Shown here: one piece after another, positions 10,815 through 24,805 of the stretch
How positions within the stretch are numbered: position 1 is the first letter of the stretch
How the letters are laid out: each line of letters opens with the position of its first letter
Assembly: GCA_965216325.1 (NCBI GenBank)
Contig: OZ244160.1
Span: 1,184,001 to 1,248,000 of the forward strand
Direction: 5' to 3'
Length of the DNA stretch: 64,000 nucleotides
Source: Coraliomargarita sp.
GTDB taxonomy: Bacteria > Verrucomicrobiota > Verrucomicrobiia > Opitutales > Coraliomargaritaceae
The notes under the pieces: model-generated
The model's database searches: none
What the model was told of the DNA's origin: nothing
What the model saw: the letters and a program-made list of their open reading frames with translations, nothing else
Translations under genes and position numbers: made by a program

Positions 10815-12644
10815 TTGCCTCGTATTAGCCAGCGCACTATCGACACGATAAAGCAACAAGTAAACCTTGTTGATGTCGTCTCGCCCTACGTCCAACTCAA
10901 ACGAGCCGGGCGCTCATTCAAGGGCCTCAGTCCGTTCACGCAGGAGAAAACGCCCTCCTTCTACGTCCACCCCGACCGTGGCTTTTACAAGTGCTTCAGC
11001 ACAGGAGAAGGCGGCGATTGCTTTACCTTCGTGATGAAGATGGAGCATCTGGAATTTTACGAGGCGATCGAATTCCTCGCAAAGAAGTTTAATATTACAC
11101 TCGAATACGAGGAAGGCGGCCCATCGCGCGAGGAAATGTCCCTGCGCAAACAATTGTTTGAACTTCACGAGTTAGCCACTGCATGGTTCCACCATCAGTT
11201 CATGAAGGGCGATGAGGCTGCACCGGTGCGCGACTATTGGCAGCAGGATCGTGGTTTTGACATGGAGACCGCTGAAGAGGTCAAGATTGGCTACGCTCCA
11301 GCCTCAGTGAATGCCTTCGCCCAACTCTGCCAAAAGCGCAATATCTCAGTGGCAGCGATGCAGCAATCGGGACTATTCTTTGCTCGTGAAAATGAGCGTG
11401 ACTACAGTCGATTCAAATCGCGCTTCCGTGGCCGTTTGATGATTCCAATCCGAGATGTGCAAGGTCGAGTGGTTGCGTTCACTGCACGACAACTTCCCCA
11501 GACGCCGCAGGATGATCCCGCCCGCGAAGCAAAATACGTCAACTCGCCCGAGACCTCGATTTTCCACAAGGGACGAATTCTCTTCGGAATGGATCATGCG
11601 CGCACCCACCTAAAGGATAACGACAACTTCCTTTTGGTCGAAGGGCAGCTCGATGCGATCCGCTGCTGGAGCGTCGGCCTCCATACCGCAGTCGCTCCTC
11701 AGGGCACCGCGCTCACCGACGACCAACTTCATCTGATTCGGCGCTACGAGCCCAGCTATGTCGAGTGCCTGCTCGACGGCGACAATGCCGGGCGTAAAGC
11801 CGCGCTAAAATACATACCGATGGCCTTCAAGGCTGGCCTGGAATTCCGTTTCTTGATGCTGCCCGAAAAGGCCGACCCGGATGATTTGCTCCGCCAACAC
11901 GGAGCCGCAGGACTCGATCCTCTTCGCGAGCACACGCGCGAAGCCATTCCACTCGCCCTCGAATCACAACTCCCACAAGGTCGCGCCCCGACTACCAACG
12001 AAAAAACAACCGCACTTCGCAGCATTTTCGAGATCGTGCAACATGTGCCGTCCGAGGTGGCGCGGGAAGATTATATCCAAATCGCAGCACGTATTTTGAA
12101 TGTGGATGCGATGGCGGCCATGCGCGACTTCAAGAAATCTCAAAACACACAGCGGCGACCAGTTCAAAAACAAACGGCCAAGGCGCCGCAAGCCTCTAAA
12201 GACCCGCTATTGACACAGGCCACATGGGAACTACTTTGGCTCCTTTTACACTTCCCCGAATACGGGCAACGCATCGCAGAAACACTTGATTACGAATGGA
12301 TTAGCTCAAAAACACCCGCAGGTCAACTACTTGCGCGCCTGATCGCAGAATATCGAGAAGGCATGGTAGATGAGACGACAAACATCGAAACACTGATTGA
12401 AAGCATCGAAGATCGCCAACTTCTGGCTGAAATACATACCCGAGATTTAAGTATCGAAAATCCTAAAGCCGAGATCGCGAACTGTCTGAAAACGCTTTAC
12501 CGTAACTATTTAAATAATCGCAAAAAAGAACTGGAACTAAAAATCGCCAATACCGACTCCAAGGCACCCGAGCAAATCGAGCTCATGCGCGAACGAAAAT
12601 CGATTAAAGAGCAATTGGCCAATTACACATCCATCAAACTCTAG
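10815..12644 (+). CDS. dnaG: DNA primase
   Basis: EKTPSF..YKCFS zinc-domain region, [36 protein letters not shown] motifs; TTG start. Confidence 0.96.
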   Translation: MPRISQRTIDTIKQQVNLVDVVSPYVQLKRAGRSFKGLSPFTQEKTPSFYVHPDRGFYKCFSTGEGGDCFTFVMKMEHLEFYEAIEFLAKKFNITLEYEEGGPSREEMSLRKQLFELHELATAWFHHQFMKGDEAAPVRDYWQQDRGFDMETAEEVKIGYAPASVNAFAQLCQKRNISVAAMQQSGLFFARENERDYSRFKSRFRGRLMIPIRDVQGRVVAFTARQLPQTPQDDPAREAKYVNSPETSIFHKGRILFGMDHARTHLKDNDNFLLVEGQLDAIRCWSVGLHTAVAPQGTALTDDQLHLIRRYEPSYVECLLDGDNAGRKAALKYIPMAFKAGLEFRFLMLPEKADPDDLLRQHGAAGLDPLREHTREAIPLALESQLPQGRAPTTNEKTTALRSIFEIVQHVPSEVAREDYIQIAARILNVDAMAAMRDFKKSQNTQRRPVQKQTAKAPQASKDPLLTQATWELLWLLLHFPEYGQRIAETLDYEWISSKTPAGQLLARLIAEYREGMVDETTNIETLIESIEDRQLLAEIHTRDLSIENPKAEIANCLKTLYRNYLNNRKKELELKIANTDSKAPEQIELMRERKSIKEQLANYTSIKL

Positions 12645-12679
12645 TTCATTCACACTCTCACATACGCTCCACACACACT

Positions 12680-14716
12680 ATGGCCGCAGCGAAAAAGAAA
12701 TCCGCAACGAAAACCGCTAAAAAGACTGCAACGAAAAAAGCAGCCACAAAAAAGAAGGTAGCTACCAAGAAGGTCGCTGCGAAAAAGAAGGTCGTTACTA
12801 AGAAGGTCGTTACTAAGAAGGTCGCTGCGAAAAAGAAGGTCGCTACCAAGAAGGTCGCTGCGAAAAAGAAGGTCGTTACCAAGAAGGTCGCTACCAAGAA
12901 GGTCGCTGCGAAAAAGAAAACAGCCACAAAGAAGGCCACAAAGAAAGTCGCTGCTGCAGAGGTCGAGGACGTCGCAACTGAAGAAGCAATTGAGCAGCCC
13001 AAGCCACGCAAGCGTCGCCTATCGGCTAAGGCACAGGAAAAGCTTAACGAGAAGATTCGCGGCCTGATCCGCATGTCCAAGGAACAAGGTTTCCTTACCT
13101 ACAAGGACATCAACAAGGGCCTACCGGAAAGCGTCAACAATCCGGACGAAATTGAAAATGTCATCTCGATTCTCCAGAACCTGGAAATCGAAGTTCTGGA
13201 TGACAATCAGGTGGAGGCATTCAAAGCCCGCCAAGAAGAAACCGAAGAAAAGGAAGTTCGCACTTCGCAGAATGACATTCTGGACGACCCCGTCCGCATG
13301 TATCTCAAGCAAATGGGCCAAGTGCCTTTGCTGACTCGCGAGGAGGAAGTCGCCATTTCCAAGCGTATCGAAAAGGCGGAGCTCCGCGCACAGGACGCGC
13401 TGTTCTCTACAGCACTGACTCTGGAGTTCCAAAACAACGTCGTGCAAAAACTCCTCAACCGCGAGGAGCGCTTCGATCGCGTCGTGCTGGACAAGAAGAT
13501 TGAAAGCCGTGAAGCTTATTTCAATAGCCTGCCCAAGCTACTAGAAGAGGCTCACAAGCTCGGCGACCGCATTTATGCTGCTTGGGACAGTAAGGAAGAT
13601 GCAGCAGCAGCAGGCAACGAGACCAATGCCAAGCGTTCGCGTACTCGCATGAAGAAGTATGAGGCCGAGCTGAGCAAGGTCCTCAAGAAATACTGCCTCA
13701 AGCTGAAGATCTTCGAAGACTTCCTTAAGGACCTCGTTCCAACCTACCGCGAGCTCAAGGACCTTTACGAAGACTTGGAAGCCGCGGACAAGGTAACCAC
13801 TCGCCGTCGCAAGAAGGTCAACGTTCCCGCGATCGAACAACGTCTCGAGGAGATCAAGGTTGAGTTTAAAATCGAAGCCAGCGAGCTACTGGAGATCATC
13901 CGCGAAGTTCGCATCGGCATGCGCGAGGCACACAAGGCTAAGACCGAGATGGTTGAAGCGAACCTCCGTCTGGTGATCTCCATCGCGAAGAAATATACCA
14001 ATCGTGGCCTCTCCTTCCTCGACCTGATTCAGGAAGGTAACATGGGCCTCATGAAGGCGGTTGAGAAGTTCGAATACCGCCGTGGTTATAAGTTCTCAAC
14101 TTATGCAACTTGGTGGATTCGTCAGGCGATCACGCGTTCCATCGCCGACCAAGCGCGCACCATTCGTATTCCGGTCCACATGATCGAGACCTTGAACAAG
14201 GTCATGCAGATCCAAAAGCAACTCCTCCAGGAACTCGGCCACGAACCAACGGCTGAGGAGGTTGCTGACGAAATGAACCTGCCGATCGAGCGCGTCCAGT
14301 CCATCATGAAGATGGCGCAACAGCCGATCTCGCTGCAGAGTCCGGTTGGCGACTCCGATGATACCAACTTCGGTGACTTCATTGAGGACAAAGGTGCGGA
14401 AAACCCTTACGACATGACCGCATACAGCTTACTGCGTGAGAAAATCACCGACGTTCTCGACTCGCTGACCGAGCGCGAGCGCCGTGTGCTCTCTTTGCGC
14501 TTCGGTCTTGCCGACGGCTACTCTCGCACCCTTGAAGAAGTGGGCCGTCAGTTCAAGGTGACACGTGAGCGTATTCGTCAGATTGAGGCGAAGGCCCTCC
14601 GTAAGATGCGACACCCTACCCGTATCCGCCAGCTTCATGGCTTCTTCGAAGGTGATATCAACCTCGACAAGCCAGGTATGGACAGCCTCAAGCGTGAGAT
14701 GTCCAAAGAGAAGTAA
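12680..14716 (+). CDS. rpoD: Primary sigma factor with a long Lys/Ala/Val-rich N-terminal tail
   Basis: [54 protein letters not shown]; follows dnaG. Confidence 0.97.
   Translation: MAAAKKKSATKTAKKTATKKAATKKKVATKKVAAKKKVVTKKVVTKKVAAKKKVATKKVAAKKKVVTKKVATKKVAAKKKTATKKATKKVAAAEVEDVATEEAIEQPKPRKRRLSAKAQEKLNEKIRGLIRMSKEQGFLTYKDINKGLPESVNNPDEIENVISILQNLEIEVLDDNQVEAFKARQEETEEKEVRTSQNDILDDPVRMYLKQMGQVPLLTREEEVAISKRIEKAELRAQDALFSTALTLEFQNNVVQKLLNREERFDRVVLDKKIESREAYFNSLPKLLEEAHKLGDRIYAAWDSKEDAAAAGNETNAKRSRTRMKKYEAELSKVLKKYCLKLKIFEDFLKDLVPTYRELKDLYEDLEAADKVTTRRRKKVNVPAIEQRLEEIKVEFKIEASELLEIIREVRIGMREAHKAKTEMVEANLRLVISIAKKYTNRGLSFLDLIQEGNMGLMKAVEKFEYRRGYKFSTYATWWIRQAITRSIADQARTIRIPVHMIETLNKVMQIQKQLLQELGHEPTAEEVADEMNLPIERVQSIMKMAQQPISLQSPVGDSDDTNFGDFIEDKGAENPYDMTAYSLLREKITDVLDSLTERERRVLSLRFGLADGYSRTLEEVGRQFKVTRERIRQIEAKALRKMRHPTRIRQLHGFFEGDINLDKPGMDSLKREMSKEK
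12700..12960 (+). repeat. Intragenic tandem repeats (about 15-18 bp units) encoding [15 protein letters not shown]
   Basis: Repeated aagaaggtcg(c/t)t units at the 5' end of rpoD. Confidence 0.85.
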
Positions 14717-14736
14717 TCAATTTAGCATAGTCACTC

Positions 14737-15141
14737 ATGTCCCTCACAAAATACACATTCACATTGGCTGCGTGCGCCGTAACCTTACTTTTTGCAGGTT
14801 GCGGTAGTTCAGAGGTCGTCTTTGAAAAAGGAGAACCTGGTCAAGTCACTCAAACAGGCAATTATGCGGTAACCGCTAACACGCCTCACATCGTGCATGT
14901 AGACCTGGTCGAGCGCGTTGCGACACTACGTAATGGTAACGAGCTAAAGGACGGTTTCCTCATTGCGATGGATGCCGGCGGTAAACAAACATCCGTTTTG
15001 AAGGCTCTCCCGATACGTAACGCAAGTGCTCTTCGCACAGCTGATGTCCTCGAAGGCAAGCCACAGATTAATAATTCGGTTCGACCTGCCGACTCCTCCG
15101 AAGCACGCGACTTAGCTAAAATCTATCACGACGCAGAATAA
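14737..15141 (+). CDS. Hypothetical lipoprotein
   Basis: Lipobox LFAGC; tightly packed between rpoD and tatA. Confidence 0.7.
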   Translation: MSLTKYTFTLAACAVTLLFAGCGSSEVVFEKGEPGQVTQTGNYAVTANTPHIVHVDLVERVATLRNGNELKDGFLIAMDAGGKQTSVLKALPIRNASALRTADVLEGKPQINNSVRPADSSEARDLAKIYHDAE

Positions 15142-15164
15142 TTACAAATTCAACCAATCCAATA

Positions 15165-15470
15165 ATGACTCCACTCGCAATTCTTCAGAATCTCAATACC
15201 CCTGAGATCATTCTTATTTTCCTTGTGGTCTTGTTGCTCTTCGGAGCCAAGCGCCTCCCGGACCTGTTCCGCTCCTTCGGTAAGTCCATTCGTGAGTTCA
15301 AAAAGGCCACCAGCGAGATCGAAGACGATATTCGCACCGCAATGGACGAGGAACCAACCAAGCCAGCTCCTAAGGTGGAAACGGCGGCCACCACACCCGC
15401 AGCGCCTGCAGCTCCATCGGCTCAGGCGACCGAAGTCGTTGAAGACGAGCCCAAGCAAGACAAGGCCTAA
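15165..15470 (+). CDS. tatA: Twin-arginine translocase TatA/E
   Basis: EIILIFLVVLLLFGAKRLP..GKSIREFKKA. Confidence 0.93.
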   Translation: MTPLAILQNLNTPEIILIFLVVLLLFGAKRLPDLFRSFGKSIREFKKATSEIEDDIRTAMDEEPTKPAPKVETAATTPAAPAAPSAQATEVVEDEPKQDKA

Positions 15471-15492
15471 GCCGCAGTCTATCATTTTGACC

Positions 15493-15522
15493 AAGCCCTC
15501 AGCGCATGTTGAGGGCTTTTTT
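15493..15522 (+). terminator. Intrinsic terminator
   Basis: aagccctca...tgagggctt followed by a T run. Confidence 0.8.
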
Positions 15523-15632
15523 GTGCCCAAAATCACCGCAGAACAATTTTGAGATTGGAGTCCGAAGCTCACACCTCTTTCATCCGATTTAGTTACCTCC
15601 CACTTTTTACTTTCCCACTTTTATACCACTCA

Positions 15633-17483
<1,851 letters not shown>

Positions 17484-17493
17484 ACGATTCAAC

Positions 17494-18678
17494 ATGACAC
17501 AAATCGGCACTCCCTTCACGTCAACTGCAACTAAAGTGCTGCTGTGCGGCTCTGGCGAACTCGGCAAAGAGGTCGCCATCGAACTGCAGCGCTACGGCGT
17601 TGAGGTGATTGCGCTGGATGCTTACGAGAACGCCCCTGCGATGCAGGTTGCGGACCGCAGCCATGTGGTCTCAATGCTCGATGGAGCTGCGCTGCGTGCA
17701 GTCATTGAACAGGAGCAACCGGATCTCGTGGTGCCAGAGGTCGAGGCCATCGCAACCGACACGCTAGCCGCATTGGAAGCGGAGGGACTCACAAGGATCG
17801 TGCCGACCGCTAAAGCGACACAGCTGACAATGAACCGGGAAGGTATCCGGAGATTGGCTGCCGAGGAACTTGGTCTACTCACCTCACCCTATCAATTCGC
17901 AGATACCTTCGAAGACTACAAAGCGGCCATCGAGGCGATCGGAACACCGTGCGTAATCAAGCCAATCATGAGTTCCTCGGGAAAGGGACAAAGCGTGGTC
18001 AAAAACGATGCCGATATCGAAGCCTCCTGGAACTACGCCCAAGAAGGCGGTCGTGCGGGAAAAGGCAAAGTGATCATCGAAGGCTTCGTCTCGTTTGACT
18101 ACGAGATTACCTTGCTGACCGTGCGTCATCGAGACGGCACCAGCTTCTGCGATCCAATTGGCCACATCCAAGTGGATGGCGACTATCGCGAATCCTGGCA
18201 ACCACAGGTTATGAGTGAAACGGCACTGAAGAATGCGCAGCACATCGCACGCTCGGTGACCAATGCGCTCGGCGGCTACGGCATCTTCGGCGTCGAATTG
18301 TTTGTTAAGGGTGATCTGGTTTACTTCAGTGAAGTGTCCCCGCGTCCACACGATACCGGGATGGTCACCATGATTTCACAGGACATCTCTCAATTTGCGC
18401 TACATGCACGCGCCATTCTAGGCCTGCCGATTCCAAACATCCAGCAGAACGGACCAAGCGCGTCATCGGTCATTCTGGTTGAAGGTGACTCCGAATCCGT
18501 AAGCTACAGTCATCTCGATAAAGCACTGAGTGAACCAAACACCCAACTACGTTTGTTTGGAAAACCTGAAGTGCACGGCAAGCGCCGCATGGGAGTTGCG
18601 CTCGCGCGTGACGAATCGATCGACGATGCGCGCTCAAAAGCCTGCCGGGCAAGTGCCGCGGTGAAGGTAGCACTGTAG
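17494..18678 (+). CDS. purT: Formate-dependent phosphoribosylglycinamide formyltransferase
   Basis: [52 protein letters not shown]. Confidence 0.97.
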   Translation: MTQIGTPFTSTATKVLLCGSGELGKEVAIELQRYGVEVIALDAYENAPAMQVADRSHVVSMLDGAALRAVIEQEQPDLVVPEVEAIATDTLAALEAEGLTRIVPTAKATQLTMNREGIRRLAAEELGLLTSPYQFADTFEDYKAAIEAIGTPCVIKPIMSSSGKGQSVVKNDADIEASWNYAQEGGRAGKGKVIIEGFVSFDYEITLLTVRHRDGTSFCDPIGHIQVDGDYRESWQPQVMSETALKNAQHIARSVTNALGGYGIFGVELFVKGDLVYFSEVSPRPHDTGMVTMISQDISQFALHARAILGLPIPNIQQNGPSASSVILVEGDSESVSYSHLDKALSEPNTQLRLFGKPEVHGKRRMGVALARDESIDDARSKACRASAAVKVAL

Positions 18679-18698
18679 GGCTCTGCCAGTAGAGTTAT

Positions 18699-18817
18699 GG
18701 TAGGCCGTCTCGCGGAGGCGCCCGATGATGCGACTTACAGCATTCCAAGCAGACAGTGCGCTTCACAAGTATCACGGACGAACGGCTGGCTCAGCGAGAA
18801 AGCACCTAGCCCTTACC
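18699..18817. repeat. Degenerate inverted pair of GTAG-type REP-like elements
   Basis: ggtaggccgtctcgcggaggcgcccg ... gacgaacggctggctcagcgag..agcccttacc; shares the 12-mer gacgaacggctg with 48167. Confidence 0.6.
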
Positions 18818-19045
18818 CCGCTGGAGGGAGCCAACCAGCGTCGAACCATCGAGTTGTCTTTCTTGCTCAATGCCGCGTTGATCTTCGTGCGCTGAACAGA
18901 GTTCAGGGACAGCTTTTTATAAGGCGAAAACGACAGATGCCGTTTTTAATCACTTGCACGCGCCAGCCGATAGTCCTGCTCAATGAAATGGTTTTCATGC
19001 TCATACAGACTATGAGCACCTTCACGGTCGACTATTCCAAATCGA

Positions 19046-20044
19046 TTAGCTGATTTGGGTGACTGCCCAAGGAATGGATTCACCGGCACGGTATGGAACC
19101 ACATCGCCATAGCGCTCCGGAACAACCATCCCTGTCTTTTCAAGCTTCACGGTTTTAGCGGACGGAGTGAAACCGTGAATACGCTGAGCGTTGTCACTGA
19201 CAAAGGCCTGCAGGTTATCCAAAGCACCATGATCTTCGAAAAGCTCGACCAAGGTGGGCAAGATCACTGGAGCTGTAAACAAGCCAGCTGCGCATCCACA
19301 GCATTCCTTTTTCGAAATTGGGTGCGGTGCCGAGTCACTACCAAACATCAGCTTTGGATGCGCCTTTAGTGCGGCACCAAGCAAGGCCTCGCGATCTTCA
19401 GGGCGCTTTGCAATCGGCTTGCAGAATAAATGCGGATTTAACAAGCCACCGGCCACATCATTCAGTGTGATCATCAGGTGGTGCAGCGTCACGGTTGCGT
19501 AGAGGTTTTCAAAACGATCGAGCAAATCCACGGCATGTCGCGTGGTAATATGCTCCATAGTGATCTTCAACTTCGGAAACTTCGTTGCGAGGTGTTCATA
19601 GCTAGCCAGAAACTCCTTCTCGCGATCCATAACAAATCCATGCGTTTCGCCGTGAATCATGAGTGGGATCCCCATCTCTTCCATCAGCGCGAAGGTGCCT
19701 TCAACCTCATCGAGTGCCTTGACGCCTGCCTCGCTATTCGTCGTCGCACCGGCCGGATACAACTTTATGCCGAAAATGTGATCCTTCGCCGCAGCAAGCT
19801 CCGCCTCGGTGTAATTGCGGAAGAACAACATCATCAGCGGATCGAAGACATGATCTCCTTTGGCCGCATCAATTCCTGCACGATACTCAAGCAGGCGCTC
19901 AAGATTGTCCACTGGTGGAACCAGATTCGGCATGATGATGGCACCCGAAAAGTGCTCCGATGAAAGCGGCGTGACGCGCTCCATCATTGCCCCCTCGCGG
20001 AGGTGTAAGTGCATGTCGAGTGGTGATTCGATCGTAAATTCCAT
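19046..20044 (-). CDS. pyrC: Dihydroorotase (short type II)
   Basis: [42 protein letters not shown]. Confidence 0.96.
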   Translation of the reverse strand: MEFTIESPLDMHLHLREGAMMERVTPLSSEHFSGAIIMPNLVPPVDNLERLLEYRAGIDAAKGDHVFDPLMMLFFRNYTEAELAAAKDHIFGIKLYPAGATTNSEAGVKALDEVEGTFALMEEMGIPLMIHGETHGFVMDREKEFLASYEHLATKFPKLKITMEHITTRHAVDLLDRFENLYATVTLHHLMITLNDVAGGLLNPHLFCKPIAKRPEDREALLGAALKAHPKLMFGSDSAPHPISKKECCGCAAGLFTAPVILPTLVELFEDHGALDNLQAFVSDNAQRIHGFTPSAKTVKLEKTGMVVPERYGDVVPYRAGESIPWAVTQIS

Positions 20045-20087
20045 GCGCCGAACCTACGCAGTGCGCGCTGCCTGCAAAGCGAAAAAG

Positions 20088-20687
20088 CTAGAATTCCAAT
20101 TCACTCACCACTTCGCGCAACCATTTAACCGCCTGTGCGCGGTGACTAATCGCGCTTTTGGTCGCTTCGCCCAGTTGACCAAAGGTCTCCGAATGCCCCT
20201 CCGGAATAAAAGCCGGATCATAGCCAAAGCCCTCAGTGCCCTGCGCTTGTGTGTCCATACGCCCTTCACAAGTGCCATCGTAGTGGGTAATAAAGCCCTC
20301 AGGATCAATCAGGCAGAGCACGCAACGAAAACGTGCGCCTCGTTGGCCTTCAGGCACGTCTTTGATGACCTCGAGGAGCTTTTTCAGATTATCTCCATCA
20401 CTCGCATCCTCGCCCGCATAGCGCGCCGAATAGATGCCCGGCGCGCCGTCCAGCGCATCGACTTGGAGGCCCGAGTCATCCGCGAGCACCCATGCATCGG
20501 CAGGTGCCACCTTGCGTAGAGCTTCCGCCTTAAGCTGTGCATTTGCGGCGAAAGTCTCGCCGTCTTCGACGACATGTGGCATGCCGCCACAGACCTTGGC
20601 CGAGCACACCTCAAATCCGAGTCCGTCTAGCAATGATTCAAATTCCTCAACTTTGTGTGCGTTGCCGCTGGCGATAATCAGTTTCAT
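20088..20687 (-). CDS. rdgB: Non-canonical purine NTP pyrophosphatase (Ham1 family)
   Basis: [31 protein letters not shown]. Confidence 0.95.
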   Translation of the reverse strand: MKLIIASGNAHKVEEFESLLDGLGFEVCSAKVCGGMPHVVEDGETFAANAQLKAEALRKVAPADAWVLADDSGLQVDALDGAPGIYSARYAGEDASDGDNLKKLLEVIKDVPEGQRGARFRCVLCLIDPEGFITHYDGTCEGRMDTQAQGTEGFGYDPAFIPEGHSETFGQLGEATKSAISHRAQAVKWLREVVSELEF

Positions 20688-20698
20688 AGAGATTGAGT

Positions 20699-21808
20699 TT
20701 ATTTCAAAAATCCACGGACGAGATGGTCCGGTCCAAAATTGGCGTGGTGCACCTGTTTCAATTGAATAGCCGCGTCCATGTGCTCGGTTTGACGGACTCG
20801 GCCAATCCCTGCCGCTTGAGCGTCACTCATGTACTTGGGTGCAATATAGTGAAACAGGTATTCGATCGCCTGCTCTTCAATCAGCGCACTCGCGAGGCCA
20901 GGCCCTGGCTCAATATAGACCCCGTAGATATTCTCTGCTGCGCAGCGATCACGGAACGCGACCAAATCAATGTGGCCGTTGCACTCTGGTAATTGCCAGC
21001 AAGTAATCTCGGCGTTATCGAAAGCTGAAGTATCCACATTCTCGCTACAGACGACAACGGTCTGCTCTGAATACTTGTCGGTAAATAATTTCAGTTCGCC
21101 GATATGCCGCTGAGTGCGCAAGTCCCGGTCGAAGACGAAGCGCCGTGGGCACCAAATTTCTCCAGCCATCCGACTCGTTAAGCTTGGATCATCCGCTAGC
21201 GCAGTGTTGGCGCTCACCGCGATCGAAGGAAAGTAACGTCGCCAGCGCATCACATCCGCTCGTGCAAGTTCACCGGTCACCCACTGCGAATGTCCACTTG
21301 AAGCCGCAAATTTCCCGTCGAGAGTCGTGGCAATTTTGGCAGCAACGAATGGTTTCTGTTGCTGAATCCAATGATTAAAAATCAAATTCAACTCTGCGCA
21401 CTCCTCAGCCAAGACGCCACTGATCACATCGATACCCGCTTCACGTAGGATCTCCAACCCATGCCCGGCATGATCGGAGTTCGGGTCGGTCGCGCCAACG
21501 ACCACACAATGAATACCTGCGCGCTGTATCGCATCCGTGCAGGCTCCAGTGGTTCCGTGCGTGCTGCAGGGCTCAAGCGTTACATACATCGTCGCATCTT
21601 GAGAAGGCTGCCGATTTAACGCCCGTAGCGCCTGAATCTCTGCATGTGCCTCACCAGCCTTATGATGCCAACCTTCAGCCACGACCTCCCCCTGCTCCAC
21701 AATCACTGCACCAACCATCGGATTTGGATGCGTGTGTCCCCATGCGCGCCTCGCTAGTTCGAGCGCATGCGCCATGTAAGGCTCGTGGCTGCTGAGATCT
21801 GTAATCAT
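20699..21808 (-). CDS. ribD: Riboflavin biosynthesis deaminase/reductase
   Basis: [20 protein letters not shown]...SQWVT. Confidence 0.95.
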   Translation of the reverse strand: MITDLSSHEPYMAHALELARRAWGHTHPNPMVGAVIVEQGEVVAEGWHHKAGEAHAEIQALRALNRQPSQDATMYVTLEPCSTHGTTGACTDAIQRAGIHCVVVGATDPNSDHAGHGLEILREAGIDVISGVLAEECAELNLIFNHWIQQQKPFVAAKIATTLDGKFAASSGHSQWVTGELARADVMRWRRYFPSIAVSANTALADDPSLTSRMAGEIWCPRRFVFDRDLRTQRHIGELKLFTDKYSEQTVVVCSENVDTSAFDNAEITCWQLPECNGHIDLVAFRDRCAAENIYGVYIEPGPGLASALIEEQAIEYLFHYIAPKYMSDAQAAGIGRVRQTEHMDAAIQLKQVHHANFGPDHLVRGFLK

Positions 21809-21814
21809 GAAAGT

Positions 21815-22447
21815 CTATCCTCGAACAAATGGATTAGTCGCCTTTTCACGAGCGACCGTTGTCGTTGGCCCATGGCCCGGATAAATGGTTGTTTCTTCGG
21901 GGAGCGTGTAGACTTGGGTCTTAATTGAGTGCTCCAGAATATTAACGTCGCCTCCTGGCAGGTCGTAGCGCCCAACGCTGCCTGCAAAAATGACATCACC
22001 GACTACAGTCGCCTGCTCACTCGGCAGATAGACCAGAATGTTTCCAGGGCAATGGCCCGGCACATGTCGAATCTCCATCTCGGTGCCAAGAAGCTCGAGG
22101 GTTTGTCCACTTTGGATCCAATGGTCAATTGGCACCGGTTGCATCTCGAGCCCCGGAATCGCATAACTCGCCATCTTACTCGGAGCCGCAAACATTTCGG
22201 TATCGTTGGCGTGACCGTAAGTCGGGATGCCGGCAGCAGCAAACTTGTGACCGTCCAGAATGTGGTCCCAGTGGCCGTGCGTCAAAATCAGCGCGACGAT
22301 CTTACAGTCGGTCTGTTCGGCAATCTGACAAGCCCAGTCATAGGCCTGCAGCGGTGCGTCGATGATCACACACTCCTTACACTCTGATTCAATCAGCGCG
22401 ATCGCATTGGTTCCAATGGGTGGCAGCTCTTGCGTTACAATTTGCAT
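21815..22447 (-). CDS. MBL-fold metallo-hydrolase (YcbL/glyoxalase II-like)
   Basis: THGHWDH, PGHCPG, GDVIFAGSVGRYDLPGG, PGHG. Confidence 0.9.
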   Translation of the reverse strand: MQIVTQELPPIGTNAIALIESECKECVIIDAPLQAYDWACQIAEQTDCKIVALILTHGHWDHILDGHKFAAAGIPTYGHANDTEMFAAPSKMASYAIPGLEMQPVPIDHWIQSGQTLELLGTEMEIRHVPGHCPGNILVYLPSEQATVVGDVIFAGSVGRYDLPGGDVNILEHSIKTQVYTLPEETTIYPGHGPTTTVAREKATNPFVRG

Positions 22448-22493
22448 GACCGCCACCATGCAGGCTACTTGCACAGTTTCAATAGCGAAGCGG

Positions 22494-23486
22494 TCACTCC
22501 TTGGAAGATGCCAAAAGGCGCTCAGCTGCGCTGTAGACACCAAGGATCACTTTCCCCATTTTGCTGTAATTCAGGCGGTCCCATGTGTCGTCTGCGGTGT
22601 GGTAAGCCTTGTTGCGGTAGAATGCGGTGTCAGTCACCATCACTGCATCATAACCGTGCGGCCAATAATTGCGGTGGTCCGACAAATCAATCCCCGGTAC
22701 TTTTGCAGGACCATTGAGAGAATACACGGGGAGATCCGTTGCCCCCTTCATGCCCAGCTTGACGTTTTTAGTAAACGAGCGCTGCTTCATGTTACCAACC
22801 ACTGCGATGAAATTTCCACGGCTTGGATAAAAGAGTTTAAACATCAGCGCTGGGTAGTCCTGCGAACTTGCTTCATCCGTAAAGTAACCGATCATTTCCA
22901 GCACGACTACCCCCAGCACGGAAACGCCCTCCTCTGCCAGTGACTGTGCATGTATATAACTGCCCATATATTTTGAGCCAAAATAGGGCGGTTCCTCTAA
23001 GGTATAAGCAACTAATTCGACATTCCCAAATCCCGGATTTTTGCCGATCAAGTAAGCCAACTCTATAAGCCCCGCTATACCACTGGCATTGTCGTCGGCT
23101 CCCGGTGTATTGCCACAGCCATCATAGTGGGCTCCAATAATCAGTCGCGGCCCGTCGCGATCGCCAAAGAAGCAGCGCAAATTCTGATAATAGTCCCCTT
23201 TTGAAACCTCATACTCTTGTAATTCCGTCACACCACCCGCTCGCTCAAAATGGTGCTTCATATATGCGACAGTCGCAGCGAGATTGTGTGTGTCTCGTAA
23301 ACTTCGGGGATGAAATTCCTCTGACAGCCGACGAACCGTCGTTTGCATTCGCTCATAATTGACCACTTCAGTCGCAGCATCACTGCCACCAAAACTCGGC
23401 TGTGCAATGAAACAACGAATGCCAAAGAGAATCAGACCAACCACAGCAATCACACGAGAGGCGGCGACTAACAACTGCTTGGACAT
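22494..23486 (-). CDS. M28 family metallopeptidase (YfbL-like)
   Basis: IGAHYD, PGADDNASG, LEEPP, SDH, YHT; N-terminal TM segment. Confidence 0.88.
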   Translation of the reverse strand: MSKQLLVAASRVIAVVGLILFGIRCFIAQPSFGGSDAATEVVNYERMQTTVRRLSEEFHPRSLRDTHNLAATVAYMKHHFERAGGVTELQEYEVSKGDYYQNLRCFFGDRDGPRLIIGAHYDGCGNTPGADDNASGIAGLIELAYLIGKNPGFGNVELVAYTLEEPPYFGSKYMGSYIHAQSLAEEGVSVLGVVVLEMIGYFTDEASSQDYPALMFKLFYPSRGNFIAVVGNMKQRSFTKNVKLGMKGATDLPVYSLNGPAKVPGIDLSDHRNYWPHGYDAVMVTDTAFYRNKAYHTADDTWDRLNYSKMGKVILGVYSAAERLLASSKE

Positions 23487-23618
23487 GCGGAAAATACATC
23501 AGGATTAAGCCGTTAGCACAACTTCTATCTGCCATTGAACATATGAATGTTACAATTTTAGGGAGCTCTTGCGCTTTTGTATTAAATTCACTGTGCGAAT
23601 GCGCTTTATTACGCACTG

Positions 23619-24782
23619 ATGAAGATTGCTCTGATTACGGCAACATTTCCACCCGAAGTAAATGGTGTGGCAATGACCAACCAACGCCTAATCCGAGGAC
23701 TGATCCAACGAGGTCATTCAGTCTTACTCATTAAACCCCAGCGCAGCGATGCCATTCCCTCAGACGATTCCTCTCTGGGAATCTTTGAAGTCTTGGGCCT
23801 GCCGATCCCTAATTACGCGGGTCTCAAAATTGGGATTCCGATTCCAGGACAACTGAAGCGCCTCTTTCGTGAAGCGAGGCCCGATGTGGTGCACCTTGCC
23901 ACAGAGGGACCGCTCGGCTTTTCCGCTTTACGCAGCGCGCGTAGCCTCGGAATACCAGTAACCTCGACCTTTCACACCAACTTTCAGGATTACTGTGCGG
24001 ATTATGGGGCGGCCTTCCTTGGAGACGCGATGATGGGCTACCTGCGCTGGTTTCATAACGCCTGTGCGCTCACCACGGCCCCCGACCCAAGTTTGATCGA
24101 GCGCCTCAAGGCAAAGGGTGTTGAACGCCTTGAAATGCTCGGTCGCGGGGCCGACACCGAGCTGTTTACTCCGGAGCGACGCAGCGAGGCCTTGCGAGCC
24201 AGTTGGGGGGCCGATGACGACACGCCCGTTGCTATCTACGTGGGGCGGGCAGCGGCCGAGAAAGACATCCCGCTCGCGCTTGAAGCGTGGAAGAAAGCCT
24301 GCAATTATCAACCGAACTTAAAAATGGTCGTCATTGGCGATGGCCCGGTGCGCAAGAAACTCGAGAAAAAGTGGCCAGAGGTTCATTTTGCGGGCATGCG
24401 CTACGATATTGATTTAGCGACGCACTATGCATCCGCGGACTTTTTCATTTTTGGCAGCACCAGCGAAACATTTGGTAATGTAGTGGTTGAAGCAATGAGC
24501 AGCGGCTTGGTTGCGCTCACCTACCATTATGCGGCCGGGAAACAGTTTATTAAACATGGGGTGAACGGCTATTTAGCACCACTTGACGATGCTGAAGCCT
24601 TTAAGGAGCTGACCTGTAAGATTATTAGGAACACTGATATTTGGCCTGGTGTCAGACAGGCGGCACGGGCGACTGCAGAATCCTACCCATGGAATCGCAC
24701 AATCGATCGCTTCGCTGATCTTTTGCAACAGGCGGTGGACATCGGCGCAGAAGATGCTAATATTTCCATTGTCCCCGCTTGA
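23619..24782 (+). CDS. GT4 family glycosyltransferase
   Basis: TFPPEVNGVA, HLATEGPLG, FHTNF, ETFGNVVVEAM. Confidence 0.9.
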   Translation: MKIALITATFPPEVNGVAMTNQRLIRGLIQRGHSVLLIKPQRSDAIPSDDSSLGIFEVLGLPIPNYAGLKIGIPIPGQLKRLFREARPDVVHLATEGPLGFSALRSARSLGIPVTSTFHTNFQDYCADYGAAFLGDAMMGYLRWFHNACALTTAPDPSLIERLKAKGVERLEMLGRGADTELFTPERRSEALRASWGADDDTPVAIYVGRAAAEKDIPLALEAWKKACNYQPNLKMVVIGDGPVRKKLEKKWPEVHFAGMRYDIDLATHYASADFFIFGSTSETFGNVVVEAMSSGLVALTYHYAAGKQFIKHGVNGYLAPLDDAEAFKELTCKIIRNTDIWPGVRQAARATAESYPWNRTIDRFADLLQQAVDIGAEDANISIVPA

Positions 24783-24805
24783 TCCGTCCCTATTATAAAT
24801 CGTTC

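Noticed and set aside
12658..13080. Antisense ORF rich in F/A/T/V repeats
   Set aside because: Mirror of the rpoD Lys-rich repeats.
18697..19053. 118-aa plus-strand ORF
   Set aside because: Runs through REP-like repeats and shows no recognisable motif.
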